NCBI GenBank assembly: GCA_026914245.1
Contig: CP110440.1
Span: 1,178,001-1,242,000, forward strand
Source: Puccinia triticina
Lineage: Eukaryota
DNA length: 64,000 nt
Direction of reading: 5' to 3'
Both the position numbers and the translations under genes were made by a program. Positions within the stretch are counted from its first letter, which is position 1; each line of letters starts with the position of its first letter. This document shows, in pieces, positions 1 to 12,557 of this stretch. The notes beneath the pieces are model-generated. The model searched no databases. It was given only the letters and a program-made list of their open reading frames with translations, and was not told the DNA's origin.

Positions 1-1403
1 GATGTGGTTGCTGATCAACATTCCATAGCCATATGGCCATTAGGTGATTCATGGAGTTGATGAGCGGGGGGGGGGGGGGTATCATCCTGGCACTGGCAGG
101 TGTGATTTTGGGAACAAATCCAGAAGATCCTTTGGTCTGCCCAGGAGGAGACTGCGGCTGGACAAACACTAGGAAGCTGGAGATTTATTTCAGTGTGCTG
201 GCATGTACAGTTCAACAGCCTCCACATTTCAGCCTTGTCCGTCTCAAGAACGGCCATGGGTTCCATGCTTGGTACACTGGCTACACACTCATACAGGCTT
301 CTTGCTCCGGGGGCACTTGGTATTGCATGGATATCTGCACCCAATCTTTTGATTTTTTTTGAAGCATATTTGGAAGAAATTTAATCTTAATTTAATTTCA
401 TTTTCATTTTAAAATCTTTTTAGTTCATTTCAAAAAAAAAAAAAAAACTCACATTTATGTTTACAATTGCGCCCTTCATATTTTGAGCTCAAAAGATCTG
501 GATCACCACTTCAGAGTATAGGATGATTGGTGAAGTAATTGTGAGAGTTGGTAGCCAACAAACTGTGAAAATTTAGAACTTTCAGGCACAGGAAATAAGA
601 GGGCTAAGATGAGTATTGATAAAAACTCAAGGATTGGGGCAGTGAGGATGACTCTCTGCGGCTCAGCGGGGCGTGGAGAAAGAATGAGGAGAACTGATGA
701 CCTGCAAATTGCTTGTTGTATGCTAGGTTTAAATAGACTAACAACAAGTGGCCAAAATGTGGTTAGAAGAAAAAACAAAAATAGATGAACACATAACAAG
801 TTTCAAGGATACTATCTTAGAGACTATGCTTGATACGCGTATGACAAAATGTTATCTACTACTCACCGTTCTAGACTACATGGTGTGATAAATTCTGTAC
901 TAACAAAGATTCTGGCAATGCTTGGGAATGATATTAAACAAGTGTTAGAGGTGAAAGTAAGCAGCAAAATTCCAACACAAACCATAAGATGAAAGCTAAG
1001 ATTGCAGGCTATAAGTCTGTTTACTCAGTATTTTTTATTTTATGAAACACTACATCTGTCACAAAGAAATTGAAAAAAGATTGGTGTTTTTTTATAAGCA
1101 AATCTCAAGTCTGTAGGCTCAATGGTGTGACATTGGAGATGACAGCCTTAGTTAAGCTTGCAGGGCACTCATTCCAAAGCAGCTCCTCCCCTTGGAATTC
1201 ATCCCTCAAGAGAAACTCAGGAACAGAAGCACCACATCTAAAACAAAATCTTTCACCAGAATTACATAGCCTGATCTCTTAGAAATCTCTTTACTGCCTG
1301 ATAGAGTATAATCCATCTCCAATATTTTGAGAAGTACTAGGGAACTTGTGGCAATGCTCTGCAAGTCCTTTGCACTGCATATCTCAAATACCCTGCCAGG
1401 GGT
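1..1403. repeat. Copy 1 of a ~1.4-kb dispersed direct repeat (probably begins upstream of the window); probable TE fragment
   Basis: Near-identical to 16025-17426, from gatgtggttgctgatcaaca through ccctgccaggggtt; paralogous short ORFs in both copies. Confidence 0.9.
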
Positions 1404-4033
1404 TTGGCAGACGGTTATGAAAACGGTTGACCCAGGGAAAAACATTCCCTGGATTGACTGAAACGTTCCCAAATCAATTGAATTTGGTTGGAGGTTAGCA
1501 AAACTTTTTGGGACTCAAAAACCAACGTTTTCTTGAAAGCCCAAGACATTTCAGACTCAATTGGAAAATTTGGATAACTTGGGTAAAACGGCCTGTATGT
1601 TCAAAGATGTTCTCCAGAACTTCCAAAGTTCATCAAACGTTTGATCAAACTCAGCGCTTGTGCGCAATTGTTTGTTGAAACGTTTGCAATTCCGCCCAGC
1701 TATCCTGCTGTTTGGTTGGAATTGTTTGCCGGGCGCAGACATTTGGACTGTCGCTTTACACAGTGAGGGTCTTGAGTCACTGGCTTCAATTGCAGGGGTT
1801 GAGGGTAACAATCATAACAGGGAGGCATACAAGTGAGATAAAAGGGAGGGAGGGTCTGCCGTGCTACTTAGTCAGAAGGTGGAAGGGTGGATGAGATAGG
1901 ATGCAAAAACTAGGGTTCACTAAAGTTGTTCAGATTGGCTAGCGCCGGGGTTGCTAAGTCTTCACCTCCTTGCTGATGGTAGGCAGTGATTTCTTCTTCT
2001 ACCTCTGTGGCTGTTGGCATACCACAGTCAGCTGCAGTGACACAGTCAACTGTCTTATTGCCATCCCAGAGGGCTGTATCCTTGCAAAGGATGAGCCGGG
2101 CAAAGGCAAAGCTGTAAATTGGCAATGGTCTGGTAATTGTGGGGTGGCCAAGAGAACATATCATTGTCCGCCGGGACAGCTGCGACTGCTGGGGTGGTAG
2201 AGGCTGGAGCTGCGGCGACTGAAACAGCGGGGACAGTTGGGGCTGGAGATGCGCGGTCTGGTAAGTGTGGGGTGGCCAAGAAAAAATATCATCATCTGCT
2301 GGGACGGCTGCAACAGCTGGGGAAGGAGACATGGAGATGCGGCGTCTGTTGGTTGGCCTGGTGTCTTCATGACATTTGGCGGGTTGGTCTGACCGGGTAA
2401 GCCCTTGCCCCTGTTGCACTAGGGAAGGAACAAGGGGGAGGGGGACGGGGTTGGATAGGTTAGTGAGCATAAGTAATAAATAAATAAATAAATAAAAATC
2501 ACTATTAAGGTCAGGACAGCATTGGATTGAAAAGAGATTGCCTTTGTATCCATCTCAAGGGAAATCCAGACTCGCATCTTGGGAGGTGCTTCTAAAGCTC
2601 CCATCTGGAACTTGCTAAACGTGATTGAGTCAAGGACTTTCATGGGCACATTGGCTGACTGATTGATCACATATTTCCAAGTTAGAATGTCCCTGAAAGC
2701 AGCGTAAACGGACACAATGTTGATTGGATGAGGCATGCTTGCCCCGGCCTGTTGCATGGACTGACGCATGACTCAATGTTTGAACAATGCAAAGTTGAAC
2801 TGCGTCAATTGAGAAACACTGAGCTGGAATGGGGCCAGATATGAGTCCGTGTTGACCATCATGTAGGTGGGGGCTTCTTTGGCGGGTCTGTTGCTGTTGG
2901 CAGCGTACACCACCCCAAAAAGGATGGCAATGAGTGCACATTGCCATGCTCTAACATTGCTCTAACACAACTCTTATATGTATCTTACTTCCCTCAAAAA
3001 CACCTCTTACTGGGATGGGATCAGTTAACCAAGTAAAAAAAAGTTTAAATCTCAGTTACATGATTGTATCACAAGGTTATACTTGGTGGTAAGACTGGCT
3101 AAGACCTATGTAATAGCAATGTATTGATCATGGCAATGTATGCACATTGCCATCCTCTTTGGGGTGTTGGTAGCGTAGAGTTTGTGCCGGATGTATATTG
3201 CGCGCAAGGACCAATTGGAGGGCTGGTTACCCCTTCAACATCCAACAATTCCATGTCTTCTGGGGTAACCTCTTTGATTTCCGGATTGGTATTGGGCATT
3301 TGGGGAATCGGGCGGCGGCGGCAGAGGTGGTTGAAGTCAGATGCGGCAGATGGCTGTGATGGTGGAGGGTGGGATCCGGTCAATGACAATAGAGAAGGTT
3401 CAGTGATTGCCGATTGGGGCTGCAGTGGAGCAGAAGCATTTATCAAAAACGTTTCAGTATGCGCAAACGTTACAGGGTTTGGAATAACCCTTTTGGGTCA
3501 GCAGAACATTTTCAAAACCTCACAGAAATGTTTGCCCACACTGCAGGGTTTCAGGGAAATTTCAGAGTGGTCAAGGAAACATTTGGTTATGGCATGAGAA
3601 ACATTTCCAAGAAATGTTACGGCGTTCCGGCGCAATGAACGTTTGGCGTAGCAAATACATTTGTTGGGAAAGTTTCAGATTGTTTAATGGCGTGCAAAAT
3701 GTTTACGGAACCACATCCCAACCGTGAAACTTCTCCATAACCACTTATTAACCTCAAAACTTCTCCAAAACCGCATTGATACCGTGAAATGTTCCCAGGT
3801 GGCTGATCTGCACAGGTAACGTGTCCTAAACCACATTTTCACCTCCAAATGTTTCAAAAACCATGCTCTAACCTGGAAACATTACACCTTGTATTCAAGA
3901 AACTTTTCTTGCAGCCGTTGTGGTAGCCAGACCGGTACAGGGCTCCACGGACATCGAAAATCCTCAAAATAAACTCCGCCTCCGCCATATGAAACCACCC
4001 ACCCCAGATCCTCAGTCCTCTGCACAGCCTCCA

Positions 4034-4292
4034 TTTACTTTACTCCGCTCTTTTCCGCTTTACTTGGCTCTTTCCCGCTTTACTTGGCTCTTTCCCGCTT
4101 TACTCCACTCTTTCCCACTTTACTCCGCTCTTTCCCGCTTTACTCCACTCTTTCCCACCTTACTCCGCTCTTTCCCGCTTTACTCCCCTCTTTCCCGCTT
4201 TACTCCGCTCTTTCCCGCTTTACTCCGCTCTTTCCCGCTTTACTCCGCTCTTTCCTGCTTTACTCCTCTCTTTCCCGCTCCGCTCTGCTCTT
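4034..4292. repeat. 20-bp minisatellite (tactccgctctttcccgctt), about 12 copies
   Basis: Directly visible tandem array. Confidence 0.95.
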
Positions 4293-4520
4293 TTCTGATA
4301 AAATCAGGCTTAAAAGAAATAGATTTCAGTAAAAACAAATAAAAATGTAAATACAAAAAGAATGAGTTTTACCTTAAAAGAAACAGGAACAAAAGACAAG
4401 ATGAGAACAGAACAGGAAACCACCACCACACACTAGGTTTTATGGCTAATAAAATAAGATAAGGTTAGATGATGGAATACATGGTCAACAAGGATAATAA
4501 CAAAGAGAATAAGAACCTAT

Positions 4521-5168
4521 TGTTGAGCCGCCTAGACAGATGACTTCGACGAAATTCCCCAAGACAAAATTGACGATTTGAGATGTCTTGCGGGTTGAGA
4601 GATAGGTGTTGACAACGGTGGGTAGTTACGTTGCCAATAACGGTAACGTAACAATTTTTCAGCCATTATTGTTACCGTTATTCGTAACGGCAGTGCGTTA
4701 CGGTACCGCTGGAACGTGACAGAAAAATATTGGTGTTTGTTACGTTACTGGCGCCTGCGGAGCGCCATATAACGCCCGATAACGGCCAATTTTGGACCGT
4801 TACACGTTATCTGGTGGATAACGCGCAGTAACGACCTCAAAAAAAGAGCCCGTTACGTTACGCGCGAGGCATGCAAAGACCCCGTTACAAATAAAGTAAC
4901 GGGCAGCTGCGGGTAACAAGGGTAGTTACGTTACCCAAATTACGTGAATAACGTAACATAACGTAACTACCCATTGCTGGTGTTGAGATGAGGAAGAAAA
5001 AGAAAGAGTGGTAAACTGGAATCAACAAAGGACGGTCAGCAGCGCTCTAGAATTGAAGCGTTCTCAGTGCGTCCACAATGTTGAAGTCATAGTCCGAGTC
5101 CATAGAGCACCGTGCACAAATCTGTAATGTACACCGCGCACACCGTAAGCTGCTCACTGATTCCAACA
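4521..5168 (-). repeat. Probable 3' LTR of the Copia remnant, interrupted by a MITE
   Basis: TGTTG...CAACA ends; on the minus strand it follows the RNase H region and a purine tract (catgggggtg). No partner LTR was found. Confidence 0.55.
4613..4979. mobile_element. MITE with CA...TG ends and 7-bp TSD GTGTTGA
   Basis: TIR caacggtgggtagttacgtt / aacgtaactacccattgctg; gtgttga on both flanks; many internal gttacg/cgtaac motifs. Confidence 0.85.
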
Positions 5169-7810
5169 CACCCCCATGCACCAAGCTGCTAGGGATGGGG
5201 CATACCAGCTCAAAGAACTCTCAGAACCTTAAAGATGGAAGATCTGCCTATAGATTTTGTGAGGAAATCTTCTAGCATTAGATGAGTCCGTTTAAAAACC
5301 AAAGTGATTGTTTCCGCAAGAATTTCTCCTTGTACAAAATGAAAACGTAGGTTCATGTGCTTGGTCTTAAACGCTAAGTGATTAGCTTTGTTATTTGCTA
5401 GCATGATAGTGCCTTGATTGTCCTCATAGATTTTGAATGGTAGGGTTATTTTGATCTTCAACGCAGAGTCTGAGACCATCTTCAACCACAAAAGTTCTTT
5501 TGTTACTCCAGTTATTGCAATGTATTCTGCTTCTGTCGAAGACAGAGAAGTTGTAGACTGTTTCTTTGAGCGCCAAGAAATTAAATTATCATTCCAACAA
5601 ATGAGATAACCAGTAGTTGACTTAGCGGTTATTGGACAGCTGGCCCAACTAGCATTGACATAAGAGACAAAATCAGATTGTTGGATTGGAGTTTTTCAAA
5701 GGGTGATGCCGAAATCTTTTGAACCTTTCAGGTATCAAAGACAGTGTACTGCAGCATTCCAGTGCAAGATTCCGGGATCCTTAAGGAATTGTGACAAACA
5801 ACCAACCGTAAATGTAATGCCGGGTTGAGTCGTAACACTTAGGTAATTAGCGGGATTCAAAGTAGACCCGTGCATTCCACTTGCTGTCATACGACAGAAG
5901 GACTTGTAGACAGCAGACAACATTGTTGATCTTCTTAAGGGTCACGGCCAATAACCTTCTTGGCCACTCATCCAACGGCTTCAATCAACGCCTTGCTTCA
6001 TTGCTTCTTTCAAAGATTCTCAACCATTGCATCTAGTCAAATAATCAATGCTCAACTAGTGCAATCGGAATCATCTAACGCGTCTAGTCACACAACCATT
6101 TCTCGACTAGCGCGGCTCACTGGTATCGTCAAGATCTTATCACAAGTCTTGATTCCAGTGTCACCTTGTTCGGCGCATGACCTCAAAGCAAATACCCCTT
6201 GACTTGCTTACGGTCAGCTGGCAGCCACTACATGATCTGGACCCGGGATTCGACAGGCACCGCCGGTTCCCTTTGTCCTTTTCATTTATGTTATTTTTCT
6301 GATTCGGAACTGTATGCAATACCTACCTGTGTGCGCGTCCTTATATGTACGGCCGCTTGTTGTATGATTTCCTCCCTCTTCATCAAAATAAGATTATAGT
6401 TTTCAGCACCTTAAAATTGCCTTCTCGTGTTTTTGGTACTCTGCACCCTTCTAGTGTTCTGGCTTAAAATCCGTTTATCAAAAACACCTTCCCAAAGATA
6501 GAAGATACTTGAACACAGCTTTTCATCGCTGTTAGTCTTCTCTCGTCACTTCTTTTCATTCATCAAGTGCCCACCCGCCTGCCTGTACCAGGCGCTGTGT
6601 GACACTTGCAAGGCAAGACAAGCCGGTGTTCAACTCAAATGTTGAACGTCGACTTGCAGTCTCCCCGCAAAACTGGGTTATGCAAAGTGACCTGCATGCA
6701 CGCGCGGGTCTACTTTGAAACCTCCTATTAAGTGCTCCAACAAGTCCTCTATAGCGCACATTCAACCTATCTAATTGTTCAATTTCACTTCTTGAGGCTT
6801 TGACTAAGCTAGAGCCAGGTTTCATAGGAGTTGCAAGTGGAATCAATTTTTCACAATTATATTTGATAAGAGTTTCTTTGATATAGTGCGTTTGAGTAAG
6901 ATGGACCAAATCAGTGGATTGGGTGACCTTCATTCCAAGTAGATGTTTTGCACTGCCCAGATCCTTTATCTTGAATCGTTTTCGGATTAGATTCTTAAAT
7001 ATTTCAGGTTCAGGACTGAAAATAGCAATGTCATCGACATGAACATATAGCCAAGTATTGGATGACCAGAAAACACATGGCACGGCGTAGCTTTGATTGA
7101 AACCGACTGAGAGTAGCCAAGACGAAAGAGTTAAATGCTATTCTTTTGGGGCCTGTTTCAGGCCATAAAGTGCTTTCTTAAGCAGTAAAACTTTGCCAGG
7201 AGGAACGTCAACACCCTGAGGAGGATTGAGAGTAATTCTCTCTCTGATGGGGGCATTGAGAAAAGCGCACTTGACATCAATTTGATGGAACTGAAAGTTG
7301 TTCTGAAGCGCAGAGGTGATAAGTAATCGGAGTGGTACGAGTTTTCCGGTAGGTGCAAATGTGAAGCAATAATCTTTCCCGAAGACTTCTCTGAATCCTT
7401 GGACACAGAGTCTATCCTGATACTCTTCTGCTTGATTTGAGGATTTGGGTTTGATCTTAAAAACCCAAGTGCAGTTCAAAGGCTTATCGGACTGAGTCTT
7501 ATCGATGATGTCCCACACGTCGTAGCTCTCCATATTTGTTTTCTCCTTGTAAAGAGCAAGAGTCCACTTTCTTTTGTCGGCTCGATCCATAACTTGATCG
7601 TAAGACACAAAACTGTATTGAAGTTTTCAGGTACCCCCCCTTTGACGATGAGACAAGATGTTTTCAGATGATACATCCCACATAATTTCATTTGTAGCAT
7701 GATTCACTGGATCAGAATCATTGTCACGAGTAATTAGTGATTCTTGATTTGGAAAGGCTCATAAGGGTTTAAATCTTCATCTTTGTCATCCCGAATCGTC
7801 TCAAACGGAT
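5169..7810 (-). mobile_element. Degenerate Ty1/Copia pol (RT-RNase H) remnant
   Basis: Motifs FHQIDVKCAFLNA, LLKKALYGLKQAPK, YVHVDD, WRSKKQSTTSLSSTEAEYIA, IYEDNQG and KTKHMNLRFHFV, broken by stops, frameshifts and an insertion. Confidence 0.95.
5849..6726. mobile_element. Non-autonomous TIR element inserted in the Copia RT, 3-bp TSD ATT
   Basis: TIR core ttcaaagtagacccg / cgggtctactttgaa; removing it restores ...GLVGALN-YLSVTT.... Confidence 0.85.
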
Positions 7811-8324
7811 TGAAATAAGCGGGCGCTTTTTTGGGCCCTGCGCCAGTTATTGTAGCTGGCCCACCGTTTCTGGGAGGGCTGAAGAAAACCACATCAGGGG
7901 ACAAATTCCTTTTTAAAAACCATAACTCATTGAATCTTGATTAGCATTGCCAATCCTTTCTAAATCATAGTACTGTTAATACTATTGGAATGTACAATGA
8001 TGTCAACCAATTAGCTGGCTGTTTAAAAAGGCCCTTGTGAACTTTGGCCTCAATCACATGTCAAAGAGGCTTGATTATCAGCCATCCAGGCTTTCTTTTG
8101 GGCTCATAACACTAACCAACGTCCAGTATGTCCTTGTTGCTGGCCGCGCACTTCTTGCCTTCAAAGAGCCTACAACGGACTACTTCAGCGCCTCACAGAA
8201 GGGCTAGCTCTTCTTCTTGGATCTTTTTGAAAATTTCCTCATCAGATTGTGATGGTTCACAATGGCAAACTTCTATCTGAAGTTTTGTTTGCTCAATTTT
8301 GGTAAATTCCTTGGCCCTACTTAA

Positions 8325-10156
8325 GGCCCCGTTTGGCAGGGCCCAGCGTCATATGTGGTAATAAAACTCAGCGTAATAATCCAAATAAGCTTTATTAAAC
8401 CTTATTTGTATTATTACTGGGCTTATGCAATTATAGAGGGCCGTTTGGGACGGCCACCACCAGGAAAAAAAAATAGTCACTTGATGGCAAGTGACATGAT
8501 GCAGCTTTGGTCTCTGCTCCAGAGCTACTCCAGCGCTGCTCCAAGTCTGCTCCACCAGCACTTGTAGAGCTTGCAGGACTTCACCAGAGCACTCAATGTG
8601 GCACAGTCAGCTGATCCTAATTTTTTCCCAGGAACAGCTGATGCTCATCATAAGCTGAGCAGTAGGCATTGACTGAGCCTGGGCCAAAGCTGAGCATTGG
8701 CTGAGCCTGGGCCACAGCTGAGCATTGGATATTACAAGCCTGATACAAATTCAAGTGTCAGCTGGACCAAGTATATTCCAAATCTGAGCATCAGCTTAGC
8801 CAACAATGGTCCAAGCTGAGCATCATCTTGGAAAAGGCTTGTGCAGAGCTTAGGATCAGCTGGGACAATAATGTTCCAAAGATTAACACCAGCTGGGCCA
8901 AAACTTTTCAAAAGCTGAGCATCAGCTGAGCCAATGCTGGTACAAAGCTGAGCATTGGCTGAGCCAAGGCTGTTCTAAAGCTGAGTATCAGATGTTTTGA
9001 GACTATTCAAAAGATTAATATCACCTGAGCCAAGGCTGGTCCACAGCTGAGCATCAGCTGAGCCAAGGCTTGTCCACAGCTGAGCATCAGCTGAGACAAG
9101 GCTGGTCCACAGCTGAGCATTGTCTTAGCCAAGGTTGGTCCACAGCTGAGCATCAGCTGAGCCAAGGCTGGTCCACAGATGAGCATAAGCTGTTACAGGA
9201 GTGGTCAGACTCAGAATCTGAGCATTGGCTGGGCCAAGATTTATCCAAAGCTGAAAATCAGCTGAGCCAATACTGGTCAAGCTGAGCATTTGCTGGGCCA
9301 ATGATAGTCCTATTATGAGTCTAAGATGAGCCATGAGTGGAATAAAGCTGAAACGCAGCTGGGCCAGGACTGGTTCTGATCTGGGCAACAAAGCTAAGCG
9401 TGAGCTGGGCAACAAAGCTGAGCATAAGCTTGGAGCTAAAGCTGAGTATCAGCTGACCAGAAATGGGGATCAGTGGTGCCCAGTGAAAACTGAGGATCTT
9501 CTGTGGAAATTCTGAAAGTGGTTAGATGGTGGGTAGATGATGGGTAGATGGTGGGTAGCCCGCTGGAGCTGGCATGATGTCACTTGTCATCAAGTGACTA
9601 TTTTTTTTCCTGGTGCACCGTCATATAGCGACAGCAGTCCTGTCTGTTTGGTGCGCCACTCAAAAACAAGTACGGCCTGCGCTTCTCTCCTCCTCAAATC
9701 CGATGCCACAATGCCCCCACCAGGCTCCGCAACCGTCGACAACAACCGCCTCTGGCCTCGCTTCCAAGACAAACACCAGCAGAAAGTCATCAAGCTGGTC
9801 ATCTTGATGGTGATTGTAGCCTCGCTTTGTTTGGGTCAGGAAGCGGAGGCGGGATTGAAGCCTCAGTCAATTGGAGGGGAGGGTTCGAAGATGGAGGTCT
9901 CTTGCGTTGGGGTGCCATTGAGTCGCACAGATTTGAGGCCAAAGGGAGCGATTATGACCGCAAACTTGGGGTCAGGGTGAAATATCCCAAATGGCGGGGG
10001 GAATAATGGAGTGTGAACTCCTGTCGTCAACTGTATGACGCTTGGTGGGCTGCCAAACAGGGACAGGGGATAGCATAATATCCCCTGTCCCCCCAAAAAT
10101 AATCTGCAAGGTTTTTTATTACGCTCCCACATTTTTGTGGACAGCCAAACGGAGCC
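8325..10156. mobile_element. Non-autonomous PIF/Harbinger-type element, TSD TAA
   Basis: taa|ggccccgtttggc ... gccaaacggagcc|taa; excision rejoins the SNF2 frame. Confidence 0.85.
8458..9615. mobile_element. CAC-ended TIR element (3-bp TSD CAC) with an internal ~33-bp tandem repeat, nested in the Harbinger element
   Basis: TIR caccaggaaaaaaaaatagtcacttgat... / ...atcaagtgactattttttttcctggtg; repeat unit agctgagcatcagctgagccaaggctggtccac. Confidence 0.88.
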
Positions 10157-10663
10157 TAAGATTTTGTCGAAGGAGGCATTCACAAATTTGTTATATCCAG
10201 AGCGCTTGTCATGGTCAAGTCGTTGCATCCAAATCGTTTGCTTGTCTCCAGTGCTTGTGTAAGGAACTAGCACCACCGCGCAGGATTGCACAGAGGTTGG
10301 CAGTAGACACCGACATTTTCACAGTGGTTTCCTCATCATTTGTATCGTTGCTAGTTGTCAATGAGTTATCCGGGTTAGTTCCCTTGAAGTCCAAGATCTT
10401 CAACAAAAGATAAAGTTTTTTACGTAGGCGGCCGATCATCTGCTGCTCGACTGATTCTGCACAAATCAAGTGGTAGACGGTAACCTTCTGGGTTCCAAGA
10501 AAAGTTGTAGAGGACGACCGTGTGGGCCGCAGTGAGATTGATGCCAAAGCCACCCGCTTTAGTGGAAATCAAGAATATGGGTACGACAGGTGGAGACAAA
10601 TATCCATGTGATCTGAGAGTATTGATTGTTTTGGATCGCTGGAAAATGTCAATCGCCAAGTTA

Positions 10664-11124
10664 TTGTGTTTTGAATAATGCTTGGATCCTTCCTCAAATT
10701 TTCTGGTTTTGTTATGTAGTAACTTTATTTTAAACTTCACACCAAACTGTAAAAGCCAGACCCAACTTTAAACAAAACCTTGAAATTGACTTCCGCCCGG
10801 GATGTCTTTGTGTCACGACCCAGCGCTCGGTCGGCCTCTCCCTGCCCGGCCCATACTGGCCGAGGGCAACGGCCGATGGTCATGGCCTGGGGTTGGTAGG
10901 GTAAAGAAGATGCTCTGGTTCTGAAAATGAACTCGGTATTTCTCTAACCCGACTCCTTCACCCCCTACTGGAGGAAATTGGCTCCGGGGGTGGATTTAGC
11001 CTTGGGCCTCATCTGACATCTGTCAAGATGCACCATGTGGAAAGGATATCAAAAATATGGAGTTGACCTCGGTCAACGAAACCAGAAAATTTGACAAATC
11101 ATCCAAGCTTTATTCAAAACACAA
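10664..11124. mobile_element. MITE with ~50-bp TIRs and TA TSD (Tc1/mariner-like)
   Basis: ta|ttgtgttttgaataa... / ...ttattcaaaacacaa|ta; removal restores A-R-R-N-L-A in the SNF2 remnant. Confidence 0.8.
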
Positions 11125-12557
11125 TACGTCGAGCCACAGGAGTTGATCCATCCAATCTGAGCCGACTCTGAGGTAATCGGTTTGTCTTAAGCTCAAAAAA
11201 TCCTCCATGGATGAGAGATGCGAAAAAATCAATCTGATCAGAGTCCAGAAATTACTTTCAAGCTTATTTTCTCAAAAAAATGGAGTACCATGCAGAGCCA
11301 GGAGGATCAATGAAGATATTTTTTTGTTTCGAAGCCGCTGAGGCGTCCGGGAGTCTTGGGTTCTCAGATGCACATGTCCCCTGAACCATGGCAGAATCGA
11401 CAAGAATAAGTCTGTTAACAATCAAATGGACAAAGCAATACTTTTGGACAAGTATCGATCGGCCATTCCCAGCATTGACAGGCATTGGCCTTTAGATCTT
11501 CGGGGGTAGCCATGACTACAAAGTCGATCACCCATTTCCGGCCAACCGGTTCGCAGGCCCATTTTTGAACTGACTGGATTTCTTTGACGGCTGGTTGGCG
11601 ATCAAGATCTTCGAGAGCGAGAATTGGAGAGAATCGCTTTTTAGCAAAGTGATACGCCCCAGGAGGCCGGCGGAGGTGGTTGGAAAGCAGAGGGGATGAG
11701 TTCGAAGAGTTTGTAATTACAATGAGGTCTGCTGACCTCTTGGGTTAGCCGGTCAAGGGCCTGTTTGGCTTGGATATAAATCACATCCTGGTATTTCTCT
11801 TTATCATCAAGAGTTAGAGACCAATCTTCATTTTCATATCAAAGTGATCAAGCCACGGAAGACGGGAGCGGGCCAGGTCAAGCTAGGTGTTGGGTTGCTG
11901 ACTGGCAGGCGACGTTCAATGCGAGTGATGACACTCTAGGGAGGTATTCCGGGTGGATAGGATCAATTCAGGATTGAGCACAGAAGTCGAGAGAAGCTTT
12001 GGAATCTTTGGTACCGAGGCCAAAGAACCAAGCGGGTGCATGTCTTTTCCTCACTCTTACATACATAGCTTGTTACCAAAAGTTAAACCCCTATAACATT
12101 TTTTTTGGATTAAATCTTAAAACATATCGGGACATAAATAAGAAATAGAGAAAAATACCCTAGCGGCAACAGGAAACGGTTACCAACGTGGGTAACACGC
12201 AAAAAATCGATACAGTAGCGATAACGTAGCTACCCTGTGTTGTGAGTTGTATTGGGACCGATGGAATAAATGAGCAAGGAGGACGAGAAGAGCAAGACGG
12301 TTTGATGAAAAGAGCATAGTGCGGATGACGAGAGAAGAGCAAGAAATCAATGAAAAGCAAAGGGTAGTGTGATTGCTAGTAGTTATAGGGTCGACGTAAA
12401 GTCTTGTCCAGATCCAAGGAGGGAGTGTCTGAGCTCCGGAATGATCGGAGAGATTCATCCTGCAAAACAAAAGCTAATAAGAATCTTATTCGACTTGGGC
12501 AGTACTTGTGCTAGCCTGCTCACAGGTTTGATTGAACACCTTCTGGGTTCTGCTTGA

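Larger units (their letters stand above)
7950..11260 (-). pseudogene. SNF2-family (ISWI/CHD-like) helicase C-terminal remnant, split by TE insertions; limits approximate
   Basis: [91 protein letters not shown]; in-frame stops and deletions. Confidence 0.8.

Noticed and set aside
1910..3600. Possible minus-strand gene
   Set aside because: Only short low-complexity ORFs and a ~130-bp local duplication; no recognisable domain or consistent exon chain.
3920..4342. Repeat-protein ORFs here and at 9070-9285 and 36047-36587
   Set aside because: They are translations of 20-, 33- and 21-bp minisatellites.
8098..8112. Copia tRNAi-Met half PBS (gttatgagccc on the minus strand)
   Set aside because: No adjacent LTR matching 4521-5168, and it lies within the SNF2 remnant region.
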